Source: Diadema antillarum (taxonomy: Eukaryota). Taken from it: a DNA stretch of 64,000 nucleotides. Numbering within the stretch: position 1 is the stretch's first letter; each line of letters opens with the position of its first letter. Below, piece after piece: positions 62,849 to 64,000 of this stretch. The notes beneath the pieces are model-generated. The model saw only the letters and a list, made by a program, of their open reading frames with translations, made no database searches and was not told where the DNA came from. Where the stretch lies: assembly GCF_040938485.1 (NCBI RefSeq), contig NW_027271149.1, forward strand, positions 1,674,001 through 1,738,000, in the 5' to 3' direction. The position numbers and the translations under genes are program-made.

Positions 62849-64000
62849 GGGTCTAGCTAAATCATCCTGGAGTCTATTTTCACACACACACACACACAAT
62901 AATGATAATTACGAAACGTCACTTGACTGTGCAAAAATGTTGCACTTGCATGACTTCATGTTGCGGGTTTTAAAATACCTGGCCATTATGGGAGGATTGA
63001 GGACCAAGTATAAGCTAGGTGTAGTAAAGGAGAAATTAGAGTAGATTATCTAAGTATTACAAAACTCAAAAGAATTCTAGGATAGTCTAGCCTTGATCAA
63101 CTTGAGACACTGTTAATGATTAATACATCAACATTTTACGATCAGTCAGACTGTTTGAAGTGTTATGTAGATTCTACATCTCTAACAATATATCTAGACT
63201 AGACCCTAGTCTATGTTTTTATGATAATGAACATATAATTACTTTCACTGCATTTCCTTCAGGGTCTAGTAGACTAGTTGAATACCATACAGTTTGTGTA
63301 AATGTGGTAGGTACACTGATACTTTTAATTGAAGGCTATGTAGCCTAATTACATCAGTAAACACATAAATATTCTTACATAAATTTAGAGTTTACAAGTT
63401 GACTAGTAATCATGTGAAATGACAAGGAAATAAATGATGAACGCTTCTGCTACATTTACAGCATCAACTATGTAATTTTGTAAGATTTTGTAAGATTTTA
63501 TTGACTCTTTCGACCCCCTCTCGGGGTATGAGAGTACAAACATATTTACAATATATGAATACAAAAATATAAGTGATAATGTACATGTACAGTTATGTGA
63601 AAATAACAGATATGAATAAATATGTTTACAAAACAAGGCGTAAAGGACGTTTAACTACTCTACCACTACGTGTACAAACATTCGCATCTACTATACTTTC
63701 TACAAAAATACTGTCTTTCTTCTTTGGTATTGAAGAGAACTGAAACATAATAATTCTGACAAATTTGGCTATTTTTTTTCAAATGGCAAGCATTAGTTGA
63801 ATTGAATAATTTGGCCATATGTAATGCACTTGGTCTACTGGCCGTCAAGCTACTTGGTAAATACAATAATCTCTGTATAATCTCTAATACTGGCATGTTT
63901 TTGTTGTTACATCAATGTATGTAAATTTACAAATTTATTTTTGCTTATTCAGTAAGAGATTTAACACTCGCTAAAATATTTTCAAAAATACAGCATCTCG

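Overview
Eukaryotic genomic DNA with four N gaps, almost certainly from a sea urchin. The evidence is a late-type histone H2B with the echinoid N-terminus, stem-loop and CAAGA-type downstream element. Because genes are spliced, the ORF track is misleading, so I rebuilt gene models by hand from GT-AG sites and reading phase. Between about 22 and 56 kb there is a cluster of compact genes. It contains a 441-aa three-exon orphan, a 72-aa microprotein, and two divergent paralogues (147 and 179 aa) sharing a KPTCGYFF..GIP motif. It also contains a partial small gene, a solo replication-dependent H2B and a 524-aa protein with a single death effector domain (DED) and a long basic disordered tail. Most other recognisable sequence is non-autonomous DNA transposons with visible TIRs and TSDs: Kolobok/T2-like, hAT-like with 5-7 bp TSDs, Harbinger-like, Tc1/pogo-like, Academ-like and Helentron-like (HINE). 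Several of these carry 150-165 bp satellite arrays. A family of 26-61 bp hairpin micro-insertions with 7-bp TSDs is present, one carrying (TTAGGG)3. No CRISPR, rRNA or tRNA was recognised. All gene models and family names come from manual reading and need RNA-seq and database confirmation.
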